Positions 11,301 to 22,984 of a DNA stretch of 64,000 nucleotides are shown here, one piece after another. Made by a program: the position numbers and the translations under genes. Location: contig OX597819.1 in assembly GCA_951406725.2 (NCBI GenBank), forward strand, positions 34,906,001 through 34,970,000, written 5' to 3'. Under the pieces are notes generated by a model that was not told the DNA's origin, did not search any database, and saw only the letters and a list, made by a program, of their open reading frames with translations. How positions within the stretch are numbered: the first letter of the stretch is position 1; the number at the start of each line of letters is the position of its first letter. This DNA comes from Octopus vulgaris (Eukaryota).

Positions 11301-14300
11301 TACTTCAAAAGTTCCCGCAAGCCCATATGTAAAAAAAAAAAAAATTTTTACGGAAATCGACGGAAAGGTCTACTAGAGACGAAAGATTGCCCTCTTGGCG
11401 TTGCCCTCTTTTATCACTGTCTGCTTATTTGTCTTTTATTTATTGTTTCAACGCCTGCACCGTGTTTACGAAGTTGGCTTAGCCCCAGGTTAACTGTTAT
11501 CGAGCAGGCCAATGATGGAGGAAGTTCTAGCTATTATCACTTTTAGTCTGATATAAGTATATCTAGGACGTTATTTTAACATGTGCTTCCTTTTATTTTA
11601 TATTTCTTAAAACTGCAATGTGTGTGATTTACAGAAGATTTGATTGCTATTTCTAGCAAATCGAGTGACTACGTAGAACCAACGGCGTAAAAATTTACTG
11701 AACCAACCTCGTTAACTTGAATATATACCAATATATACTGTCTCAAGTACTTTCCTATTATAGCATGGAAAATTAAAATGGTAAAAATCACGTAAGGAAA
11801 TAGACTTCATACATAATTTCATGGTGTTAGTTATAATTTTGTTATTTTGACAATTACTTATAACCAGTTATTTCTCTGCTGCTTCATTCAGTAAAATGTA
11901 GAATAATAAACTGTTGTTCAACTCTACAACGACAGTCTCTAAGTGCTGGAAATAGCAGCTAAGTCTCCCTCAAATCCTGGCTGACTTAACGGAGAACAAC
12001 ATAAAAGTTATTCGTCATCTGTTGAGTGTATACGAAGACAACACCACAAAACTCGTCATCCCAATGTAACAAATATTTTTAATATTAAAAATTAGATGTT
12101 CCTTTAATTTTTCGTCAGCAAAACCTAAAGGCAGCAAACTCATAGGCTAATTAAATATTTTGAGGAGATTCATCGTCCGAAAAATGATCTTAATACATCT
12201 CGAATCTTTAAAACGTTTAAAGAAAATATTTATTACGGGTTATTTCTGTTAGATTGCGAAACAAACCTATCTATCTTGGTTTTGTTCTTTCTGTGTAACT
12301 TGTAGAAGTATAATGTTAATGCTTTACTTGTTTGTTTTCAGTTAGGATTACAGGTTAATTATTGAAAGGAAGTGGCAACCAGTGCCGGTGGTACATAAGA
12401 AAACCATCCGAACGTGACCGTAGCCAGTACCGCATCGACTGGCCTCCGTGCTGAGGGCACGTAACAAACACCATCCGAGCGTGGCCGTTTCGCCAGCCTC
12501 GTCTGGCACCTGTGTCGGTGGCACATAAGAAAACACCATCCGAGCGTGGCCGTCTGCCAGCCTCGTCTGGCACCTGTGTCGGTGGCACATAAAAAACACC
12601 ATCCGAGCGTGGCCGTCTGCCAGCCTCGTCTGGCACCTGTGTCGTTGGCACATAAAATCACCCACTACACTCTCGGAGTGGTTGGCGTTAGGAAGGGCAT
12701 CCAGCTGTAGAAACACTGCCAGATCTGACTGGCCTGGTGCAGCCTTCGGGCTTGCCAGACCCCAGTTGAACCGTCCAACCCATGCTAGCATGGAAAGCGG
12801 ACGTTAAACGATGATGATGATGATGGTGAAGTTAGCCCGTGGTACACAGTCTATGTAGCCATTTTTTAAATGTAAATTATTTTTGACAAAGTAGCTTTGT
12901 TGATCCAACACGAGAAAAACAGGACAAGACAGACCTTCCGATTCCTTCAAACTGAGCACTTTGAGGAGAAATCCCTCCTCGCTTGCTCTCTCATACTGAA
13001 GTCTTTCAAAAACAAATGATCAAACATTCTCAAGAAACTATTGCTAATTGGTGTTCGCCGCTGACTATTTTAAACAGTAGAGTAGCTAAGAACAGGTGAA
13101 TAATGATACATGATGCATGAAAAGATTCAAGAGTTAGACTTCTCTGAACATCAGTCAAGAGGACAGCATTTGGAGAAAGAAGGACTGGGATTACGTGATT
13201 AGTATGGGGTCTGAAGCTGGTACACAAAAAGGGCGATAAAAGGAGCAGAAATTAACGGCTCTGGGATGCCTGTGTGAGACAGTATGGATCCAGCTAGCTC
13301 TGAGGATCAGAGGATATTATAGTGTCAGTAGAAAAGACTGGGATTACGTGATTAGTATGGGGTCTGAAGCTGGTACACAAAAAGGGCGATAAAAGGAGCA
13401 GAAATTAACGGCTCTGTGATGCCTGTGTGAGACAGTATGGATCCAGCTAGCTCTGAGGATCAGAGGATATTAAAAGTGTCCAAGGACTAATCAGTAACTT
13501 ATCTAGCCTGCTTTGCCTCAAAATAAAATGCCACAATGTTAGTTACAGCACTGGTACAAAAGAACAAATGCTATCCCTAAATTCTTTTGTAATTTGGTTT
13601 ACATTTGCTTAATAATAATGATTGAATATATAAATGAGGACAACATTCTTCATATTAATTGCACAGTTCTAATGGAAAATCAGCACTGAGACATTGGTTT
13701 ACTAGCATATCAAAGGCAGTTGACACATTCAGCTATTGGAAGGAATAATTTCTATCGTTTTTGTGTTATTATTATTATTATTATCATCCCATTTTGTTTC
13801 CTTTGAAATTAAATGCATGAGCCTGGTGCAGCCTCTGGCTCACCAGTCCTCAGTCAAACCGTCCTACTCATACCAGCATGGAAAGCGGACGTTAAACGAT
13901 GATGATGATGATGATGATGATGACAGGTATTTTGAGGATAAACCCTTTAGCATTCAGATTACTCTGTCAAATGAAATGCTTATTTATTCACATTGCTTTG
14001 AATTCATCATGCATTATCTCACAGCTTTGAGATTTCAATGATGTGATTGTTTACTTTTATAATAACATTGTAGGATAGATGCAAGAGGCTGGATCTGGCC
14101 AGTTTCAACATAATGTAGCTAGAGAATATTATAGCTGCTTTAAATGCTAGAGGGTTAACAGAGCTAATCGGTGTTTCTATAATTAAATGGGGGTCATAAA
14201 TTTTTAGTTGCAAAATTAATTCTTTGTTTTTTTGTAATATTTTTTATCAATATCATTATAAAAGGACATGTAAACAGTTTTTGACTTGTCTCCGTATCAC

Positions 14301-17300
14301 TTTATACTACAGACCATCTCCCTGTTATTCTACTGATGACATCCACTCCTTTGCTCTTAGAGCTGAAAGGTTTAAACTTAACACTGTTAATTAATAAAAC
14401 ACTCAGAACACAAATACACTGCTCAGTACTTATGTCACTGAGCTGTAATTAGAATTTCTGAGCCAGCAATTGTTGATTTTCTTTGCTGAGGGCACAATGG
14501 TAATGGTTTACAAACTGTGAACCTTCATTTTCACAAATACACATCTTTAAAATACTTTAATTTACAAACCTGTTTTCCCTGAAGAATAACTGAAAGATGA
14601 AACTAATTATTTAAGGAGATAAAGGTATGCTGTTTCCTCATATAATGTCTTAAAGAATAGTTGAAATATTAAAATCCATCTGACCTATGCTTTAAAAAAA
14701 AAACTACAGATTTCTCAAGCTTTCACATTTTGTATATTGATGTTTAGTCTACATTTTCCTACTTTCATTTTGGATTATTATTTGCTATAAACATTTTACC
14801 ATTCAGGTGCTGATGTGTTTGCGGTTTCTTGGTGCCAAAGGTGAATCAGTACGTAACATTGCAAAACAATTTCAAGTCTGTGAATCTTCTGCATCAGTTA
14901 TTCTTGACAGCATAATCAAAGGATTAAACAAACTGAAAACAGTTGTTATCAAATGGCCAAACCAAACTGAGGTTGAAGACATTGTTCAAGGTTTCTACAA
15001 CATCAGCGCATTTCCAAATGTTCTTGGTATCATGGCTACTACACACATATCAATTCTCAGCCCAAAAGATCACCCTGAAGTATACATCAACCGTAAAAAG
15101 ACTCATACAATGGTATTACAGACAATCTGTGATCACAACATGAAGTTTACTGATTGTTATACTGGCTGGCCTGGTTCTGTCCATGATTCTGTTGTTTTGT
15201 GTGAATCAGATATATTCCATGAAATAGAAAATAATCCAACAAATTTCTTTATTAAAGAAGACATACACTTGCTCGGGGCTGCAGCATATCCACTGAAAAA
15301 ATGGTTGTTGACCCCTTTCTTAGATGAAACTTGCCTCGTTCCAGATCAGCAAGAGTACAATAAAAGATTAACTGAAACTCGACTGGTTACACAACAAGCT
15401 TTTAATCTGCTTCGAGGTCGATGGTGTCGACTACAATTTGTTGGAATGACCCGCACTGCACTCATTCCAAATGTGATAATGGCTTGCTGTGTCTTACATA
15501 ATTTCTGTCTTAACACTGAAGAAGAGTTTAATGACTTTTTAGAAGAAGACCAACTTCCTTTCGATGATGGTTTTCCCACTCCTGCCAATACCTATGAAGA
15601 TGATGAAGTTGGTAAGATTAAAAGAGACAATGTAATGATATATATTAGTACCAACTAAACTGATTTTCAAGAACTTTACAACAGTATTATAACTTCTTAT
15701 TTATTTTTCCATATTACATCATAGGAAACCAGGAGTGAAATCGGCAGTGAGAAGTATAATCAAACTCATCTTTGTCATTTTGTACATTGGAAATGGAGTA
15801 TATTTTAAACAATGTACTCACAAATTTGTTTTTAATTTGTAAAGCTGAACTCTTACACATAAGTTATGGTGCTTTAAGTTAAAATATATTTTTTACTTTT
15901 GCTTTGAAATCGTTGTCCTGATCCAGGTGCTTTATGGTGAACTACGGCTGAAGGTTGTCAGCTACCATTTGCAAAAATAGCAAGCATACACTTATACATA
16001 CAGACAACTGAAATCAAACATTTCAACTAAATAAAATATGATTCTTAGCAATTGTTTTGTCATAAGAGGAATTTATTTAGTTTAAACATTCAGTTTTAGT
16101 ATTCAAAGAAATGGAACCCAGTTCACTATGAATTTAACCCTTTCGTTACTAACCCGGCCAGAACCGGCTCTGGCTCTGTAGTACAAATGTCTTATTTTCA
16201 TAAGTTTTGCATCAAAATATACCACCAAACATTAGTTGCAATTTATATTCCTAACACTAGCTTAATGATAGCTAAGTTATTTTACTAAATTCTTTGTTAT
16301 ATTTAAAATAATTGAAAGAAACACAGAGCATCTCAACATAAATACAGTAACGAAAGGGTTTAATGAAGATATCAAACAACAGGCATGGTAGCGAAGGCTA
16401 AATAATTCCAATCACTAAAAGGGTAGTAATTAACTCATTAACAATGTAGTAAATGTCATCCATTATCAACCAAGTGATGGATGGTCACAGTTGCTATTAG
16501 ATACATCAACTGCAGATACTAATGCCTTCATTCATATTCAGCTTTCAGGCAGGAAACAGATATTGTCAGATGGTGTCCAATACATTCTGTGTTGTGTCTC
16601 TCAAGGGGACTATGGTAAGTGTGGGGGGTGATGTTCGATGTGAGAGGGCATTGAGAATGATAGTTAAGAGGGATAAGCTGTAGCTGAAGGCAGAAAGGGA
16701 GGTGACTGATGGAAATAGTGTGGACAGGGATGATAATGATTAATGAAAGTGATTACAGCAACTGAGTATTACTATAGATGACATGGAGGCGCAATGGCCC
16801 AGTGGTTAGGGCAGCGGACTCACGGTTTTGCTTCCCAGACTGGGCGTTGTGAGTGTTTATTGAGCAAAAACACCTAAAAGCTCCACGAGGCTCCGACAGG
16901 GATGGTGGTGATCCCTGCTGTACTCTTTCACCACAACTTTCTCTCACTCTCACTTCCTGTTTCTGTTGTACATGTATTTCAAAGGGCCGGCCTTGTCACT
17001 CTCTGTGTCACGCTGAATATCCCCGAGAACTGCGTTAAGGGTACACGTGTCTGTGGAGTGCTCAGCCACTTACACGTTAATTTCACGAGCAGGCTGTTCC
17101 GTTGATCGGATCAACCGGAACCCTCGTCGTCGTAACCGACGGAGTGCTTCCATATTACTATAGATAGAGAAATGAGAGGTGTTAGGGGATGAAATGTGGG
17201 AAAATGCCTAACAGGGCAGATGGGGGGGGGGCTGGACAGGGTCCTACAAGCAGAAGCATAACCTAAGTAGTTTTAGGATATCATTTCTGTTGTAATGGAG

Positions 17301-20300
17301 AGGGTCTTCTTAAGCATAGCAAATCACCAGTCATCCACTCCATAAGATTCAGCATCTTGAGATAAGCCATCACTATTTTGTCCCCTATTTTCCTGGGTCT
17401 CCCTCTTCTGCAAATTCCATGCAATTCAATCAACTTAATTCATCTGTTTATCGTCATCATGACAATAGGCATTGAAAAGAATATCAAGTAAAAGTGTCTG
17501 ATGTCAATCTGCAGTAAAAATCAACTGAAAAATAGTCATCATAATCATTTATTATCATCTGCATTCCATGCTGGCATAGGTTGGATGGTTTGATAGGATC
17601 CAAGCACTGCATTGTGCTCCAGTGTCTGTTTTGGCATGGTTTCTACAGCTGAATACCCTTGCTAACGTCAACCACTTTACAGAGTGCACTGGGTGCCTTT
17701 TTTTTCATGCCACAAGCACTATTGAGGTCAACATGAAACTCACAAGACTACAAGCCCCAAGCGAGTGGGAGGTGAGTCAGCTTTATGATGGGGCAAAAGT
17801 TAAAGCACAAAAGGAGGGGATGAGCAGGTTCTTGTGGAAGAGTTGCATGGTTACACACATTTAGAAAGAGAAATGTGCATGTAAATATGTTTTTTAATGT
17901 TCAACTCTAAAGATGAGATTAACAGTTTAAAAAATTCTCATGTTAACAGCAGTTCATCTCACCGCAAATCTTTATATATAAAAGAGAAGTTGTGTGTCTG
18001 TCTCCTATGATTTAGATTCCTAACTACTCCCACATTTTGCGGTGCAGTTTAACCAAAACCGGGTATCTTATAGTCGTGATTCATATCGAGCCCTTCTGGG
18101 TATTAGCGCGCGTCTACGATGAGTCTGCGATTTTAAAAAAAATTTACCATAATTTTTCCGTATTTTTAATGCATTTTCGCTCGGTTTATATAAGGGAAGT
18201 AACTCTCTAAAAATGTATTATTAAATCTCAGAACGTAAAAAGCTACAGTAACAAACCCCCCCCTTTGTGGTTAGCCATATTGAGATGGCTATTATACTTT
18301 ACATCTCTAAAAATGCTTATATAGTTATTTCCCTTACAAACCCGAGCAACGCCGGGCGATACTGCTAGTTTAAGTATAAAATACTTATTATAACAACAAG
18401 TGAAAAACTCAAGTTTATAAATTTATGCAAACCAGAAAGATTAAATGTAAAATACAATATAATTTCTAATGGTTAGCATGATTCCAATTGACTTGAGAGC
18501 CCTGTGATGAAGGTTCTTTTCTAGTTATTGAAACCCTCAAAACATGGATAGATATAAACTGACAAGATTAAAAACAATGTTGTTGCATATGGAAAATATT
18601 ATCTGTATATGTGTAGACATTGGTTGCTTCAATATTCTCTACCAGCTTGATGACAGTGTTCTCCTAACACCAACAGAGAAATTGCTATGGTGTTGAGACA
18701 AGCCATTTACTCCATTAATGTCACCATGCAAAAAAATAAATCCAGAACAACTTTTTAAAGGCAATTATCATCATCATCTTCATTATCAACATTTAATGTT
18801 CATTTTCCATGCCAGCATGGGTTGGACTGTTTGACAGGAACTGGCAGGCCCAGGGGCCACACCAGACCCTATGGTCTGTTTTGGCTTGGTTTCTTCAGCT
18901 TGATGCCAACTACGAAATCTCTAAAACATTGTTTTACCTGTAGCATCTTGCAACATTGGAATCAATACCAAAAAAAAATCTCCAACCTGTAGGATTTACA
19001 ATAGCCTTGAATGCAATGTGGTAGTTTTATACTTGACTCTTCTTGTAAAGGACTTGCCAATTATATAGCTACTATGACTTTACAGAATTATTGATCTGAC
19101 ATTGTACAGAAATATTAGAAAAATATATGCAAAATTTGCTCATGTGTATTCAGGAAGAGACTTTTTTTATACTTTCTTATTTGAAATAACAGTTGTTAAT
19201 TAAGACGTTCAAGAGAAAACATAAGGTATGTTATTAATGGATACTCACATAAATGGATAGGTGACCATGATTGAAATGATAACAAAATTTGAAGTGTTGT
19301 GTCTGAAGAAACAAATTGAAAGTAGTCTTCATCATCAACTTCGGTACCATCTTCATCCAAAACTAATTTTACTTCTGTTGTAGAATCAATACCAAATTCA
19401 GCTTTTGCTGGAATTTAAAAAGAAATAAGTAATATTATTAATAATTTATATAATATTGGGTTAAATATTGGTTTCAAATTTTAGCACAAGACCAGTAATT
19501 TGGGGGTGAGTATAAGTCGATTATGTTGACCCTTGTGTTCAACTGGTACTTATTTTATCAACGCTGAATGGATGAAAGGCAAAGTGAACCTCACTGGAAG
19601 TTGAACTCAATAAAAAGGCAGATGAAATGCTGCTAAGCATTTTGCCCAGCATGCTAACAACTCTGCCAGATCGCCGCCTCTATTGGGTTAAATATTATTT
19701 TTTAACAAATGGTAAAATGCACCAAAACATAATGTATTCTTTCTCTTTCAGAAGTGAAAATTATATTTTCTTCCTTTACCCTTTAAGCATTCAGATCACC
19801 CTGTCAGTTGTAAAACTTATTTATTCACATCATTTTACATTTATCATTCATTATCTTGCTGTGACTGTGTACTTTTAGAATTACATTGTAGGGTAAGTGT
19901 GAGAAGCCAGATTTGTCTTGTCTGAACATAAAACAGGTACAATAATTGAGCTTGATATGGTTGGTTTAAATGAGACAACAGCAAACAAAATAATCAATGG
20001 AAAGAGCCTCTATGCAGCCGAAGGAACATGCACCTTTACACAATGATATTCAATATGTTAAGCACTTAACACACTGCCCACTTTAATAACCCTGTATGAA
20101 TGGTCACTAACATGCTCCACTTTCATATTATTTCATGGTCAGTTGTCAACACACTGCCAACTTGAATACCACTACATGGTCCTTGGACACTTTAGGTAGA
20201 ATTTACTTTGCTACAAACATTTGAACTATATTCTCCATTCTTTCCCTGCCCCACAGGTGTTCAGAATGTGTATCATTCCCAGCATTCTCACCTGTCTGAA

Positions 20301-22984
20301 AAGCCTGCTCTCAGAACCTAATTAATTCGTTCAAATGGTAAACTGGTAAATTACATCAAATTTAGAGAAACAGACAATACTAAAAAATTAGCATATTGTC
20401 CCACATAGATTCCAAATAGAAATAGAATTTAATCAACATTTTTAATTTACAAATAGCAAGATATACATGTTTTAGAAAATGTTATAAAAATACATTAATA
20501 GGCTACAAGGAACTTAACAGACACTAAGGAATTATCAATAACAAGAAAAAAATGAAAAATTGATAAAGAGAAAAACCATAAATAAGAAGACTTAGATGTA
20601 ATACACAAGAAAAAAGATACAGGTGCAAACGTGGCTGTATAATAAGTTTGCTTCCCAACCACATGGTTCTGGGTTCAATCCCACTGCATCGCACCTTGGT
20701 CAAGTGCCTTCAACTATAGCCTTGTGGGTGGATTTGGAAGATGGAAACTGAAAGAAGCTTCCCATATATATATATGTGTGTGACTTGTATCAGTGTATGT
20801 CCCTCACCACTGCTTGACAACTAGTGGTGTTGTGTTTACATTCTTGTAACTGAGTGGTTCAGCAGAAGAAACCAATAGAATAAGTAAGTATCAAGTAAAG
20901 TAAAAAACATAAAGTAAGTAAAAAAAACTACTGGTGGTACCCCAACATGGCCACAGTCTAATGACTGAAACAAGTAAAAGATATGTATGGAGGATTACAG
21001 GGTAAAGAAATATTAAGCGATCCAAACGAAAAGTATGTGGAAGGAAGACAGAAAGTGGTGAAAGATGATGCTTTGTCTCTCATAAAGATGACAAAGGACT
21101 GCAACAAGTGATGAGATAGAAAAGAGTTATGCAAGCATGGAAAAACAACAGTGGCAGCTACTATTAAAATTATGCCAGATTTTCATGAAAATCAAGATAT
21201 TAAAAAATGCATAATGTTCCATAAGATCTACTCTTGAGCAGTTTGTCAGAGTTAATGGAAATACTCAGCTTTTTGTGAAGTTAATAATGGTTAATGTTTT
21301 TGTTACAAATACCAGGAGAAAGGAATACTGTTCTGGAAAGGAAGATTTAAGCAAGGGTATTTTGGGGTTTTTTATGGCTTAATCAGAGGAAGAAAGGCAG
21401 TGGCCATGGCCTTTGTTAGGGTCTCTGAGACTAGTAAGAGGTGTGAGTGGTGGTAATCTTCACACTGGAGAATACTTACAACAGAGTGGACTCTGCTAAA
21501 GCGACTGGTTGTGTTAACCCTTTAGCATTCAAACTGACCATATCCAGCCTAAATATTCTACCTGTTTTATGTTCAAAACAGCTGGATCTAGCCTTTCACA
21601 CTTACCCTACAATGTCATTCTAAAAACAAGCAATCAAATCGTGAAAATCTCATAGCTACAACATAATGTGGGATTCATTCAAAACAATGTAAATAAGCAC
21701 ATATTTGACAGAATAATCTGAATGTTAAAGGGTTAAAGTGGGCCCCAACAGATTAAGTCTAAAGTTGATGGTGATGGCGGTGAGACAATAGAAATAAGAG
21801 GAAGGTTAAATCAATATGATATATAGTCAACTAGTAGTGAAAAACAAATATTGAGACAGCAGCAAGAGAAAGGAAATTATAGGTAAGTAACTAAATGTGT
21901 GTGTGTGTGTATATGTATGCCATCATCACACTCATCATTTAATGTCCACTTTTCCATGCTTGCATGGGTCAGACAAAATTTATTGAAAGATTTTCTATGG
22001 CCAGATGCCCTTCCTGTTGCCAATTCTTACATATTTCCTAGTAAGGTAATACTTTACCATGGAAGACTGAAAATGGGCATCACCTGCACCTACCATGTGT
22101 CATACACAATTATTTGTTGCAGTACTGCATAAGATCAGTAACTGTTTAAAACTGCAATATTTTCTGCTGTTGCCAGTATTATAGGTATTCATACATATCA
22201 AACCCAGTGCAAGAAGTTTCATATTCTTCAAGAACAGACAGTATAGAGCTGATAAAGATTCATTTTAAATGTTAATTTCTATGTGATCTAAGATGTCCAA
22301 TTAATATGTCAAACTAGAATTTTCTTTCATTAACTTTGAGTTTTAATAAAAGATTAATGACATTCGTGTAAAATGTATGATTTGTATGTGATCTTTTTTA
22401 AATAGACTTTAAAGGAATGTCCAATACAGTAAAGCAGTTCTGATTTGCAAATACTGAATGTCAGTGATAAAATATGGACCACTAATCCCTCAGCAAATTG
22501 TCCAAACATCCTTACTTTCTTACCTTATCAAACCTCATCCTTCTACATAGTCAACAAGCCTTTAAGAAATATGTATATCATTTCAGGGTCTTAGTACAAG
22601 TTATAATGACAATACAGCAATATCACTTTCAAATATGATTTAGAGATATCAAGATAAGAGTGCAATTTGTGATGTCAGTGTCACTTAACAAGAGACACAC
22701 ACACCCCCCTGTGGTTGTTCAATCTATTAGAAATAACTACAAAATTGATAGAATTATCAGAACGATGGAAAACTTGATTGCAAGTCCGCTCAGCCAGAGC
22801 TAACTTGAAGCAAAATAAATTAGAAGTTTAAGTTGGATTTTAACAAATTTCAATAACAATCCTATCTTCAAAAAAAAAAGTCATATTTACCTTTAATGAG
22901 CAAATCTTCCAGACTTTCTGCTTTCACTTCCTTTTGAACATTATGTTGTGTGTTCCAGACTTTGTATTCTTTATAAAATGACAT
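8131..22984 (-). CDS. DFFA: DNA fragmentation factor subunit alpha (ICAD/DFF45)-like; complement join(22891..22984,19249..19407,9212..9333,8131..8337), 193 aa
   Basis: Manual splicing gives four exons with GT/AG boundaries and consistent phases (1,1,0), 582 nt. Protein: MSFYKEYKVWNTQHNVQKEVKAESLEDLLIKAKAEFGIDSTTEVKLVLDEDGTEVDDEDYFQFVSSDTTLQILLSFQSWSPIHL (CIDE-N, with the LVLxEDGTEVDDExYF signature), then ...IKFDLAKCLALSDNHLEEITKIPVSDLA...ELITREDNDDLLQL, which resembles the DFF-C region of vertebrate DFFA. Confidence 0.88.
9212..9333 (-). CDS. DFFA: DFFA-like coding exon 3
   Basis: Acceptor TTTTACAG, donor GAG|GTGAGT; encodes RASYDVSDGPPALPNDLLLLLSGIKFDLAKCLALSDNHLE. Confidence 0.85.
9471..9522 (-). 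ncRNA. Minimal type I hammerhead ribozyme-like motif (Penelope-associated type)
   Basis: Minus strand reads GTCT CCGATGA A GGGATATTA-TTAAT-TAATATCCT A GAAAC AGCT GTA AGAC: stem I GTCT/AGAC, 9 bp stem II, palindromic stem III, GUA cleavage triplet; core differs from CUGANGA at one base. Confidence 0.6.
9749..10289. mobile_element. Non-autonomous DNA transposon (MITE) with 29 bp TIRs and an 8 bp TSD (possibly Merlin- or hAT-type)
   Basis: GGATCTTTTCGGTTTGAACGGCAGTTTTT at the left end and its exact reverse complement at the right end; flanks CGATGACA / CGATGACG. Confidence 0.88.
10531..10902 (+). CDS. HARBI1-like exon 1
   Basis: 124 codons from ATG to GT donor at 10903; FRxHFRM motif of the Harbinger N-terminus. 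Confidence 0.82.
10531..15658 (+). CDS. PIF/Harbinger transposase-derived (HARBI1/ALP1-like, DDE_Tnp_4) protein; join(10531..10902,14807..15658), 407 aa
   Basis: Exon 1 contains FRQHFRMDPETFEILC and ends RK AAG|GTAAAC. Exon 2 follows ATTCAG in phase 0 and contains IKWP, FPNVLG, YINRKKTH, GWPGSVHDS, AYPL, YNKRL, AFNLLRGRW and ACCVLHNFC, all Harbinger-family motifs. No stops or frameshifts; AATAAA at 16030-16035. Confidence 0.9.
10977..11405. mobile_element. MITE with ~90 bp TIRs and a 9 bp TSD (Mutator-like) in the HARBI1-like intron
   Basis: GGCTATCTTTCGTCTCTAGTAGACCTTTCCGTCGATTTCCGT... mirrored at ~11299-11391; CTCTTTTAT at 10968-10976 and 11406-11414. Confidence 0.85.
12360..12825 (+). mobile_element. 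SINE-like retroposon with (GAT)n tail and internal ~60 bp tandem units; related copies at ~13820-13922, 23225-23470, 34755-35212, 37040-37655 and mirrors
   Basis: Shared 3' end CCAACCCATGCTAGCATGGAAAGCGGACGTTAAACGATGATG in many copies. Confidence 0.8.
13183..13472. repeat. Tandem duplication, ~153 bp period
   Basis: GACTGGGATTACGTGATTAG...GAGGATATTA repeated with about one mismatch. Confidence 0.9.
14807..15658 (+). CDS. HARBI1-like exon 2 (HTH and DDE_Tnp_4 domain)
   Basis: 283-codon open frame after a CAG acceptor; Harbinger motifs as above. Confidence 0.92.
   Translation: MLMCLRFLGAKGESVRNIAKQFQVCESSASVILDSIIKGLNKLKTVVIKWPNQTEVEDIVQGFYNISAFPNVLGIMATTHISILSPKDHPEVYINRKKTHTMVLQTICDHNMKFTDCYTGWPGSVHDSVVLCESDIFHEIENNPTNFFIKEDIHLLGAAAYPLKKWLLTPFLDETCLVPDQQEYNKRLTETRLVTQQAFNLLRGRWCRLQFVGMTRTALIPNVIMACCVLHNFCLNTEEEFNDFLEEDQLPFDDGFPTPANTYEDDEVGKIKRDNVMIYISTN
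16134..16363. mobile_element. piggyBac-type MITE
   Basis: TTAA CCCTTTCGTTACT ... AGTAACGAAAGGG TTTAA. Confidence 0.8.
16785..17152 (+). mobile_element. tRNA-derived SINE (MetaSINE-like core)
   Basis: Head GGAGGCGCAATGGCCCAGTGGTTAGGG (A-box); core TTAATTTCACGAGCAGGCTGTTCCG. A related head occurs at ~63364-63436. Confidence 0.75.
17969..18368 (+). mobile_element. Non-autonomous Helitron
   Basis: 5' TC after A, 3' CTAG before T, subterminal GC hairpin CCCGAGCAACGCCGGG; no TSD. Confidence 0.8.
19249..19407 (-). CDS. DFFA: DFFA-like coding exon 2 (CIDE-N core)
   Basis: Acceptor TTCCAG, donor GTGAGT; encodes KAEFGIDSTTEVKLVLDEDGTEVDDEDYFQFVSSDTTLQILLSFQSWSPIHL. Confidence 0.9.
21514..21736. mobile_element. 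piggyBac-type MITE family (TTAA CCCTTTAGCATTC); other copies at ~821-1020, ~6200-6400, ~13940-14158 and ~19777-19970
   Basis: TTAA at both ends with CCCTTTA/TAAAGGG TIRs; dispersed copies. Confidence 0.8.
22891..22984 (-). CDS. DFFA: DFFA-like coding exon 1 (start codon, N-terminal CIDE-N)
   Basis: ATG at 22984-22982 (GACCATG context); donor G|GTAAAT after 22891. An upstream acceptor (ATACTTTAG ending at 23007) implies a short 5' UTR in this exon and a further non-coding exon upstream. Confidence 0.85.

Noticed and set aside
12467-12655. CRISPR-like regularly spaced repeats
   Set aside because: Units are contiguous tandem copies without unique spacers, inside a eukaryotic SINE; no cas genes.
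12348-12791. Recurrent MLAWV... ORFs (also 37235, 52092)
   Set aside because: Antisense readings of a multi-copy SINE; no domain recognised.
9749-16363. Flanking MITE TIRs as the ends of an autonomous Harbinger element
   Set aside because: Each TIR pair is self-contained with 8 bp, 9 bp or TTAA target sites, not the 3 bp TWA of Harbingers; no Myb/SANT second ORF was seen in the window.
16785-16850. tRNA gene
   Set aside because: Only a tRNA-derived SINE head; no complete cloverleaf.
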